IMG/VR virus record: IMGVR_UViG_2698536549_000025
Location: 1-14,169 of that record
Strand: one strand, 5' to 3'
DNA from: a virus
Lineage: Duplodnaviria > Heunggongvirae > Uroviricota > Caudoviricetes
DNA length: 14,169 bases
The position numbers were made by a program, and so were the translations under genes. The notes beneath the pieces are model-generated. The model searched no databases, had not been told where the DNA came from, and saw only the letters and a program-made list of their open reading frames with translations. The stretch's first letter is position 1; each line of letters opens with the position of its first letter. Below are positions 1 to 6,088 of this stretch, piece by piece.

Positions 1-1230
1 ATGAGCAGAGCACTTAACAAACTGAGTGACACACAGCTAAGGAAAATCAACGGCACACCCGCCCAAAAAACAGCCTTTCTTAATGACGGTGGAAACCTGA
101 GCGTCAGGCATTCAACCAGCGGCCTTTTAACCTGGTATTTCACATACAGGGCCGGAACGGGAAGAGGGACACAACCTGAACGCGTTAAGCTGGGAAATTA
201 TCCCGATCTGAGCCTGAAAGCAGCCAGGGAAAAAGCCGCACAGTGTCGCGCATGGCTGGCTGAGGGGAAAAATCCACGCTATGAACTGAATTACACCATG
301 CAGGAAGCGTTAAAGCCTGCAACGGTTGGCGATGCGCTCACCTACTGGCTTGAGTCGTACGCAAAGGAAAAGCGCACAGATTACGAATCACTGAAAAGCC
401 GGATCAATAAAAACATAATCATCAAAATTGGTGCTATGCCGCTGGATAAATGCGAGCTACGGCACTGGCTGGCCTGTTTTGATCAGGTGGCAAAGCGAAC
501 ACCTGTTACTGCCGGATTCTTGCTACAGACATGCAAACAGGCGCTTAAATTCTGCCGTAGGCGGCGCTATGCAATCAGCAACGTTCTGGACGATCTGAAC
601 GTGGCGGACGTTGGGAAAAAACCGGATATAAGCGAACGTGTCTTAAGCACCAAAGAACTGGGCGAGTTATTGCAGGCGCTGGATAAAAAAATATTTTCTC
701 CTTACTACGTCGCGTTAATCCGCCTCCTGATTGTCTTCGGAGCCAGGACGGTAGAACTGAGGTTATCGGAGATCAGCGAGTGGGATTTTACCGAAATGCT
801 ATGGACCGTTCCGAAGGAGCACAGCAAAACGAAGGTTGCAATATTCCGGCCCATACCGGAAGCGATCCTGCCGTTCGTCACGCGGCTGGTGGACCAGAAC
901 AGGCACACGGGCTTATTACTGGGGGAAGTGAAACAGGAGGCCAGCGTATCGCAGTACGGCAGATTAGCGCACAGGAGGCTAAAACACCCTCAATGGTCAT
1001 TGCATGACATCCGGCGCACCTTTACAACGATGCTGAATGATTTGGGCGTGGATCCTCACGTCGTGGAGCAGCTTACAGGTCATCAGATGCCAGGGATGCA
1101 ACGAGTCTATAACCACTCCCGTTATCTCGATGCGAAACGTGATGCGCTGGATATGTGGACGGAGCGGTTAGGGATACTGGCGGGAGCACATGAAAACGTA
1201 ACCACGCTACCAGTAACCAGAATAAAATAA
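1..1230 (+). CDS. int: Tyrosine recombinase / phage integrase (P4-like, with N-terminal arm-binding-type domain)
   Basis: 409 aa. N-terminus LSDTQLRKI...DGGNLSVRHS...GLLTWYFTYR resembles the P4-type integrase arm-binding domain; C-terminus has HDIRRTF (H-x-x-R) and VYNHSRY (candidate Tyr nucleophile). ATG is at base 1, so upstream sequence and attL are not visible. Confidence 0.9.
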   Translation: MSRALNKLSDTQLRKINGTPAQKTAFLNDGGNLSVRHSTSGLLTWYFTYRAGTGRGTQPERVKLGNYPDLSLKAAREKAAQCRAWLAEGKNPRYELNYTMQEALKPATVGDALTYWLESYAKEKRTDYESLKSRINKNIIIKIGAMPLDKCELRHWLACFDQVAKRTPVTAGFLLQTCKQALKFCRRRRYAISNVLDDLNVADVGKKPDISERVLSTKELGELLQALDKKIFSPYYVALIRLLIVFGARTVELRLSEISEWDFTEMLWTVPKEHSKTKVAIFRPIPEAILPFVTRLVDQNRHTGLLLGEVKQEASVSQYGRLAHRRLKHPQWSLHDIRRTFTTMLNDLGVDPHVVEQLTGHQMPGMQRVYNHSRYLDAKRDALDMWTERLGILAGAHENVTTLPVTRIK

Positions 1231-1283
1231 TTTTTTTCGTGTTTTTTCAGTATGCGCATACTGGATAAGTGCACAGATACAAC

Positions 1284-1310
1284 GTGAAACAATGTGCAAC
1301 AACGTGACAC
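1284..1310 (+). repeat. Three 10-bp-phased direct repeats (aCGTGAAac / aTGTGCAac / aCGTGACAc) between int and alpA
   Basis: GTGAA at 1284, GTGCA at 1294, GTGAC at 1304, exactly 10 bp apart; same motif family as the right-end array at 13811-13850. Confidence 0.5.
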
Positions 1311-1419
1311 AATCACGAACAAGAGGCCAAAAAGAATACAGATTTATAAGTTACTGATTTTTATTGGTTAACTGGTTTTTTATACATTAGCGAATTACGC
1401 GTTAAAGCGTGCGAAAAAA

Positions 1420-1450
1420 GGCATAAAACAAGATTTTATGCCTTTGTATT
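1420..1450 (+). terminator. Weak terminator-like hairpin (GGCATAAAA/TTTTATGCC) followed by TTTGTATT
   Basis: Inverted repeat 1420-1442 with a 5-nt loop and a T-rich tail; the stem is AT-rich, so termination efficiency is uncertain. Confidence 0.3.
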
Positions 1451-1540
1451 AACATGAATTTAAATGATTTTATCCTGATTATTCCTCTTTCTGTAAACCA
1501 TACGACATCAACATTTGCCATTCACCACACTAGCGGGAAC

Positions 1541-1570
1541 AATACGACACAATAAGACACCTGATGACTC
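1541..1570 (+). promoter_or_regulatory. Tandem 10-mer repeats AATACGACAC / AATAAGACAC (plus a degenerate third) just upstream of the alpA ribosome-binding site
   Basis: Direct tandem duplication with one mismatch at 1541-1560, ending about 25 bp before the alpA start; candidate regulator binding site in the alpA control region. Confidence 0.4.
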
Positions 1571-1594
1571 TTTAAGAAACGAAAGGGGGCAATA

Positions 1595-1783
1595 GTGTTA
1601 AGCACTGATCGGTTTATACGTGAAAAAGAATGCGAAAAGCTAACAGGCCTTAGCCGCTCATGCCGCTACCGCCTGGAAAAGGCCGGACAATTCCCATCAC
1701 GTCGTAAACTTGGCGGGCGTTCTGTTGGCTGGTCTTTATCTGAGGTTTTGGCCTGGAAGGATAGCTGCAAGGCAGTTCACTAA
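1595..1783 (+). CDS. alpA: AlpA-family phage transcriptional regulator / excisionase-like helix-turn-helix protein
   Basis: 62 aa with GTG start preceded by AGGGGG 5 nt upstream. The stretch CEKLTGLSRSCRYRLEKAGQFPSRRKLGGRSVGWSLSEVLAW matches the AlpA/Xis-type MerR-like HTH pattern; position directly after int is typical of P4-like elements and Gram-negative PICIs. Confidence 0.8.
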   Translation: MLSTDRFIREKECEKLTGLSRSCRYRLEKAGQFPSRRKLGGRSVGWSLSEVLAWKDSCKAVH

Positions 1784-1923
1784 AAAGACTGGCGGCACAC
1801 AGTCGCCACACATCCACTAATACAGAGATATAACCATGAAGATTGAATATGCGCCCGAACGTGGGCGGGGATTCGTTCGCCCTGGTGAAACTGAAAAACA
1901 ACAAAATTGGGGTTTTTCAGGCA

Positions 1924-1953
1924 TAAAAAAAGCGGCCCCGATATGGAGCCGCC
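1924..1953 (-). terminator. Rho-independent terminator, probably for the minus-strand RHH gene (possibly bidirectional with alpA)
   Basis: Stem GCGGC (1932-1936) / GCCGC (1948-1952) with the A8 run at 1924-1931 on +, which is a U8 run immediately after the hairpin on the minus strand. Confidence 0.45.
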
Positions 1954-2047
1954 TTTCTGAACAATTAACCTGCTGCGCCTTATGTGTATGTGATCCCAAA
2001 CATAAGCACGGGAATGATAGCCGCTATCAGGCTGGTGGGCAATGTAA

Positions 2048-2239
2048 TTACCCTTTGGGTTCTATGCCGCGCCGCTTTAGTTCTGCCCTGGCTAATTCTT
2101 TAAACCAGTTACCAAGGGTTAGACCGTCAGAAGTTGCAGCTTCATTTACTTGTTGGCGTAGCTCTTTACTGATTCTGATTTGGAAGGTTGGAGACCATCC
2201 CTCACCGCGTGGCGATTTATCGCGCTTTAATGTTGACAT
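2048..2239 (-). CDS. Small ribbon-helix-helix (Arc/CopG-like) DNA-binding protein, candidate repressor
   Basis: 63 aa; PTFQIRISKELRQQVNEAATSDGLTLGNWFKELARAELKR fits a beta-strand/helix/helix RHH layout. It is the only convincing minus-strand gene inside the element and is divergent from the main operon. AGGAG lies 12 nt upstream of the ATG, which is a long spacing. Confidence 0.55.
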   Translation of the reverse strand: MSTLKRDKSPRGEGWSPTFQIRISKELRQQVNEAATSDGLTLGNWFKELARAELKRRGIEPKG

Positions 2240-2261
2240 GTACGTACGTAACTCCTATTAT
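2233..2261 (+). promoter_or_regulatory. Near-consensus sigma-70 promoter (TTGACA, 17-bp spacer, TATTAT) driving rightward transcription
   Basis: TTGACA at 2233-2238, 17-bp spacer, TATTAT at 2256-2261; the -35 hexamer overlaps the start codon of the divergent RHH gene. Confidence 0.6.
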
Positions 2262-2282
2262 CATTTCCGTTACGTACGTACA
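2239..2282. promoter_or_regulatory. Operator: perfect 14-bp inverted repeat TGTACGTACGTAAC / GTTACGTACGTACA, each half containing the 10-bp palindrome TACGTACGTA
   Basis: Palindromes at 2241-2250 (inside the promoter spacer) and 2271-2280 (around the predicted +1), 30 bp centre to centre, bracketing the -10 element. Confidence 0.6.
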
Positions 2283-2371
2283 ATATCAGTAGGTACAGTA
2301 AAAAGCAAAGCCCCGCAAGTGTCGTTACCACTCGCAGGGCTTCTAACCAACAACGTAAACTAGGAGCCGTT

Positions 2372-2569
2372 ATGGTTGCCGTAAATCATACTCCACGACT
2401 AGCACACACACAAACGGCCTTTGTGTGGCGTTTTCTGGCACTGAGTGCCGGAGAATCTCAAATCATCCACGTAACCGCCTGGACGGAACGCGAAGCGCGT
2501 AACCGTTGCCCGTCCGGTTGTGTTGCTGTATTTGCCGCCCGTATTCGCCAGGGGTCACATCATGCGTAA
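2372..2569 (+). CDS. Small hypothetical protein, paralog A (FVWRF ... ARIRQG motifs)
   Basis: 65 aa with AGGAG 5 nt upstream of the ATG. Shares the FVWRF and (V/A)ARIRQG segments and its RBS context with the ORF at 2856-3029. Confidence 0.5.
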   Translation: MVAVNHTPRLAHTQTAFVWRFLALSAGESQIIHVTAWTEREARNRCPSGCVAVFAARIRQGSHHA

Positions 2570-2662
2570 AAACCGCTTGCAAAAAATTATAACGGGGCTG
2601 TATGCTTCCCCCGTCGCCCACATGGCGACCGGGTTTAGCAGCCTGAATACTGTAGCGGACAG

Positions 2663-2691
2663 CCGCTTATATTCCGATATGCGGTTTTTTT
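2663..2691 (+). terminator. Terminator-like hairpin plus T7 run inside the A-B interval
   Basis: CCGC (2663-2666) ... GCGG (2681-2684) with internal AT pairing, followed by TTTTTTT at 2685-2691. It lies inside the in-frame ORF 2562-3029, which makes coding status of that interval doubtful. Confidence 0.4.
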
Positions 2692-2855
2692 GTGTCCGTA
2701 AGCCTACCCATACCCGCATTATGGCGGGGCGTAACGGGGGAGCCTTTGCGCTCGCTGGTTCCTACAGTGCCAGTCTGCTAACCCTGTTACGTCTCGCCAC
2801 CCCGTTTAGCAGCGTAGTAGCGAGACTCCTTAAAATTACTGTAGGAGCCTTTCAC

Positions 2856-3029
2856 ATGGCTGTATCCGCACGCCCTTACTTTGTCTGGCGCTTTATGCAG
2901 TGCCAGGAAAAACAAAGATCACTCTTTACCGTCACGGCAGCAACAGAAGGCGAAGCACGCGCCCAGCTGCCGCACGCACATCTTATTTTTGTCGCCCGTA
3001 TTCGCCAGGGGGAAACCTATGCACAATAA
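2856..3029 (+). CDS. Small hypothetical protein, paralog B; could alternatively be the C-terminal part of a longer ORF starting at ATG 2562
   Basis: 58 aa from ATG 2856 with AGGAG 8 nt upstream; MAVSARPYFVWRF...FVARIRQGETYAQ parallels paralog A. No stop separates it from the upstream frame starting at 2562. Confidence 0.45.
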   Translation: MAVSARPYFVWRFMQCQEKQRSLFTVTAATEGEARAQLPHAHLIFVARIRQGETYAQ

Positions 3030-3279
3030 AACCACACCGGACGCAGCCGCCGAAGCCATCAAAACGCTGATGCACGCGCTGATTGATATTTCTGTTATCG
3101 CGGACAGGGCACATAAGCACGCCACCAGCGAAACAGAATATGCCGGGGCTTTCGTTCCTCACTCACTGGCTGTTATGCAATTTAGTGCTGATATGGCACT
3201 GAATGAGGCTAAAACCATCCTGATTACTGATTGTGAAAATGGGGGGGGGTTATGCTTGATGATCGTTTTAATTCCCTGA
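3019..3279 (+). CDS. Hypothetical protein (reading frame passes through the G9 tract)
   Basis: ATG at 3019 with AGGGGG 6 nt upstream, in the same context as ATG 2562 after paralog A. 86 aa, no recognisable motif. Ends at TGA 3277-3279 after the G9 run. Confidence 0.45.
   Translation: MHNKTTPDAAAEAIKTLMHALIDISVIADRAHKHATSETEYAGAFVPHSLAVMQFSADMALNEAKTILITDCENGGGLCLMIVLIP
3241..3249. repeat. G9 homopolymer tract at the junction of two ORFs
   Basis: Nine consecutive G at 3241-3249, immediately upstream of ATG 3252 and inside the 3' end of ORF 3019-3279. Confidence 0.95.
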
Positions 3280-3485
3280 AACAGGAATTTTCCGGCGTTC
3301 CTGATGATGCGGCTGATGCGCTTTCGTCAATGCCAGAACTTATTAGAGCGGCTTTTTTCTTACTTTCCACGAGAGAATATAAATCAACGGGGCTTGATGT
3401 ACTGAATATCGCCGCCGATTATGCGGAATATGTGGCAGAGGCTCGTTACAGAAGAAAATTTCCTGAGGATGTAAGCCATGCGTGA
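3252..3485 (+). CDS. Hypothetical protein
   Basis: 77 aa; ATG 3252 follows the G-rich tract, which can serve as a Shine-Dalgarno sequence; the stop overlaps the next start (ATGCGTGA). Confidence 0.5.
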   Translation: MLDDRFNSLKQEFSGVPDDAADALSSMPELIRAAFFLLSTREYKSTGLDVLNIAADYAEYVAEARYRRKFPEDVSHA

Positions 3486-3711
3486 TATTTACCACGAAAC
3501 AACAGATCGCGTATTTCTTGCACTTTCTCACAGTGAAAATATGATGGAAATATTGCGGATGTGCCTTGAATCCTTTGGCGATAATGAACGTAATGCAAAA
3601 AAAACGCGGATTATTACATCATTAATAACGCTTCTTGAGCCTGTAATAAATGAGTTGCAGGAAATAGAGACATTGCACGACAGATATAACGAACAGCACA
3701 CCGGAGAATAA
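3478..3711 (+). CDS. Hypothetical protein, AT-rich
   Basis: 77 aa, translationally coupled to the upstream ORF. My hand count gives roughly 38% G+C over this ORF, visibly lower than the neighbouring genes. Confidence 0.5.
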   Translation: MRDIYHETTDRVFLALSHSENMMEILRMCLESFGDNERNAKKTRIITSLITLLEPVINELQEIETLHDRYNEQHTGE

Positions 3712-3716
3712 AAATA

Positions 3717-3929
3717 ATGAAACTTAAATATTCTGGCTTAACTGCCAGTGGCAACACTCACCCTAAATTTACGCGCGGTGATATTNNNNNNNNNNNNNNN
3801 NNNNNNNNNNNNNNNNNNNNNNNNNNNNNNNNNNNCGCGCCGCATAACGTGCCCACCAGCAACGCCAGGGCACGGGCAAACATCCAGAAGCTGAAAACCA
3901 TGATTAACGGATTCAGGGGCAAGAAATGA
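3717..3929 (+). CDS. ORF interrupted by the assembly gap; true structure unknown
   Basis: The reading frame spans the N-run at 3786-3835, so length and frame across the gap cannot be trusted. The downstream part ends in an ATGA overlap with the rep start. Confidence 0.2.
   Translation: MKLKYSGLTASGNTHPKFTRGDIXXXXXXXXXXXXXXXXXAPHNVPTSNARARANIQKLKTMINGFRGKK
3786..3835. other. Assembly gap / masked region (50 N)
   Basis: Run of 50 n characters in the sequence. Confidence 1.
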
Positions 3930-5323
3930 AAAGCGCACCGAACTTAAAAAAACAGCCTTACGACAAGATGACCGAAGTCATCATTTTTGCGGGTAGTGAT
4001 GCGTGGGCACATGCGAAACAGTGGCAGGAACAGGACGGGCGACTGGCTGGCGATAATGTGCCTCCCATTGTGCTGGCTGATGATCAACTGGATGAACTGG
4101 CAGACCTGAGAATCATCGACGAGGGGCGCTATTGTGTCCGGCTGTACAAGGCAGGCCACATCAGGCCATCAAATATTAATGCCATTGCGCACAAGCTGGC
4201 GGCGGCGGGCGTAACTGATGCGAATTATTACCCCGAAGGGATACACAGCCAGAAGCGGGAGAACTGGCGCGAATATCTGGAACGGGAGCGGGGGAAAAAG
4301 CCAGGGGAAGAACACCACCAGCGAAAAACCACGCTACCGATGAGCGTTGGATCTGCCGGATACGACACGCAATTAGATTACGTGGTAAAGGGGATTATTC
4401 CGGCATCGTCGCTATGCAGCATATACGGGGCAAGCGGTTCCTATAAATCATTCCTTGCGGGTTCGTGGGCGTGTCACGTTTCCACGGGCCGCCAGTGGGG
4501 AGGCCGCAGGGTGGCGCATGGCGCTGTTCTCTATGTGGTTGGTGAAGGCGGTATCGGCGTTCCGCGTCGTGTAAAAGCCTGGGAGGTTGTGCACGGTGAG
4601 CAGGTGAAAAATCTGTATCTGGTAAACCGTCCAGTTTTTCCGGCTGTCCCGCTTGATGTTGATGAACTGGTTATCGCTGCCCGTCAGGTGGAGCGGGAAA
4701 CGGGTAAACCTGTACGCATGATTATTCTTGATACTCTGGCGCGTTGCTTTGGTGGCAATGATGAAAATGATTCCCGTGATATGGGGGCGTTTATCCGTGG
4801 GTGTGACGAGCTTAAACGGCGCACAGGGGCCACGGTGCTGGTGGTTCACCATTCCGGCAAGGATGAGACGAAAGGCGCGCGCGGTTCCAGTGCATTTCGT
4901 GCTTCGCTGGATGCTGAATACCGGATACGCAGGGAGGACGCAGGAAGCGAAGCGCTGGTTATCTCATGCACCAAAATGAAGGACGCGGAGGAACTCAAAG
5001 AGGCTGCCTATGATTTGCGGGTGGTGGAGCTTTTTACCGACGCTGACGGGGAGTTAATCACGTCGCTGGTGGTGGTGGATAAGCCGCGCCCTCCCGTTGA
5101 ACTGGAGCGCATCGAGGAGGCAGGCAACAAGACGGAAAACCATACCGCACTATGGGGGTGCATCCGTTCACGCACACAGAACGGCGACAAGTGCACGATC
5201 CCGCTGTTACGTGATGACATGAAACGGCTTGGGTATGACGTGAAAAATATGCGGCGATGGTTAGCCAAACTGGAAAAAGACGCCGTGATTTACATTGATG
5301 GTGATGATGTAGGACCACTGTAA
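3926..5323 (+). CDS. Replication initiator with RecA-like AAA_25 ATPase core (RepA/DnaB-like helicase family); candidate pri-rep equivalent
   Basis: 465 aa. Walker A-like YGASGSYKSF, Walker B-like RMIILDTL and VLVVHHSGKDE are typical of AAA_25-type RepA-like ATPases; N-terminal (~150 aa) and C-terminal (~120 aa) extra domains. AGGGGC precedes the ATG; iterons follow the stop codon. Confidence 0.85.
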   Translation: MKSAPNLKKQPYDKMTEVIIFAGSDAWAHAKQWQEQDGRLAGDNVPPIVLADDQLDELADLRIIDEGRYCVRLYKAGHIRPSNINAIAHKLAAAGVTDANYYPEGIHSQKRENWREYLERERGKKPGEEHHQRKTTLPMSVGSAGYDTQLDYVVKGIIPASSLCSIYGASGSYKSFLAGSWACHVSTGRQWGGRRVAHGAVLYVVGEGGIGVPRRVKAWEVVHGEQVKNLYLVNRPVFPAVPLDVDELVIAARQVERETGKPVRMIILDTLARCFGGNDENDSRDMGAFIRGCDELKRRTGATVLVVHHSGKDETKGARGSSAFRASLDAEYRIRREDAGSEALVISCTKMKDAEELKEAAYDLRVVELFTDADGELITSLVVVDKPRPPVELERIEEAGNKTENHTALWGCIRSRTQNGDKCTIPLLRDDMKRLGYDVKNMRRWLAKLEKDAVIYIDGDDVGPL

Positions 5324-5525
5324 AAAGTGAGTAGCAAAAGTGAGTAATGGTGAGGTTTTTACAAAATATTAACACGATTACTCACTTTCTCACCTGTATA
5401 CATGCTCAAAAGTGAGGAGTAAAAAAATGCTTATGAAACATGCATATATAAAACACGAAAATCTCAAGCGAGACGAAGTGAGACGCGTTAAAAAGTGAGG
5501 CGTAAAAGTGAGCGCGAGTGAGGAG
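5322..5525 (+). repeat. Iteron array (core AGTGAG, mostly AAAAGTGAG) with AT-rich spacers; candidate origin of replication
   Basis: Direct copies at about 5322, 5336, 5349, 5408, 5475, 5491, 5504 and 5517 and inverted copies at 5381 and 5389 (CTCACT/CTCACC); AT-rich stretches at 5355-5380 and 5420-5460; immediately 3' of the rep gene. Confidence 0.65.
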
Positions 5526-5534
5526 ATAACCAAA

Positions 5535-5777
5535 ATGCGCAGAGACAGAACAGCGCCAAAATATAAAGCGTTAGACATGACAGAGCACGCTTTAAAGGTG
5601 GCAATCAGAACGATAGACCGCCACGCGGGGGAAGGATACGCGAAGGAACATCCCGACCTGATAAGCGCATTCATGACCACAGCGGCGGCAAACTTTGCCA
5701 CGCTGACAGAACGGGAGATTGCCGAAGCGGAACAGGTAACAACAATCAACGTTAAAACCGGAGAGGTGGAATCATGA
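5535..5777 (+). CDS. Hypothetical protein (the track's GTG start at 5508 lies inside the iteron array; ATG 5535 with GAGGAG 9 nt upstream is preferred)
   Basis: About 80 aa, acidic and Ala-rich, no recognisable motif; the stop overlaps the next start. Confidence 0.5.
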   Translation: MRRDRTAPKYKALDMTEHALKVAIRTIDRHAGEGYAKEHPDLISAFMTTAAANFATLTEREIAEAEQVTTINVKTGEVES

Positions 5778-6079
5778 GCGAACCAAAATTTGGTGAAAAA
5801 TTTTACAAGCACAACGGACGGATCACGATTCTGCAAATAAGCGCAGCTACACCAGGCTGGTGGGTTGAAACAGACGAAGGATCCTCACCCGTGGCATCAT
5901 GGGCGCTTTGTGTGCTTAGTTACCCTGACCGCGATGTGTATCAGGATATTCTGCCTGTGATATCCACAGACAAAGGCATGAAACCCGTAGACATCAAAAG
6001 CATGGGTTTTCAGTGCGTAATGCTCACTGAAAAAATGATGGAAGAGATGAAAAAGAACAACGCCGGATCGCTTCACTGA
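5774..6079 (+). CDS. Hypothetical protein
   Basis: 101 aa, ATGA overlap with the upstream ORF; no motif recognised. Confidence 0.5.
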   Translation: MSEPKFGEKFYKHNGRITILQISAATPGWWVETDEGSSPVASWALCVLSYPDRDVYQDILPVISTDKGMKPVDIKSMGFQCVMLTEKMMEEMKKNNAGSLH

Positions 6080-6088
6080 GGTGGCAAT

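Noticed and set aside
1817-1999. 60-aa minus-strand ORF downstream of the RHH gene, considered as a possible toxin partner in an RHH-type toxin-antitoxin pair
   Set aside because: The predicted minus-strand terminator (1924-1953) lies inside it and the translation is not protein-like; no support for a toxin-antitoxin pair.
2239-2282. The 14-bp inverted repeat as a transcription terminator
   Set aside because: No U-run follows the hairpin on either strand and it overlaps a strong promoter; an operator role is more consistent.
1836-2363. 175-aa plus-strand ORF spanning the alpA-proximal region
   Set aside because: Overlaps the better-supported minus-strand RHH gene, a terminator and the promoter/operator; the translation is Cys/Trp/Arg-rich and low-complexity with no RBS logic. 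Treated as a spurious ORF.
2520-3029. 169-aa ORF starting at 2520
   Set aside because: Its first part is an alternate frame of the paralog A 3' end. The plausible starts are ATG 2562 or ATG 2856, and the interval contains a terminator-like hairpin, so the long form is not adopted.
4448-5836. Minus-strand ORFs antisense to rep and the ori region (4448-4852, 5008-5268, 5058-5375, 5390-5836)
   Set aside because: All are antisense to a well-supported gene or run through the iteron array; these are typical frame-shadow ORFs.
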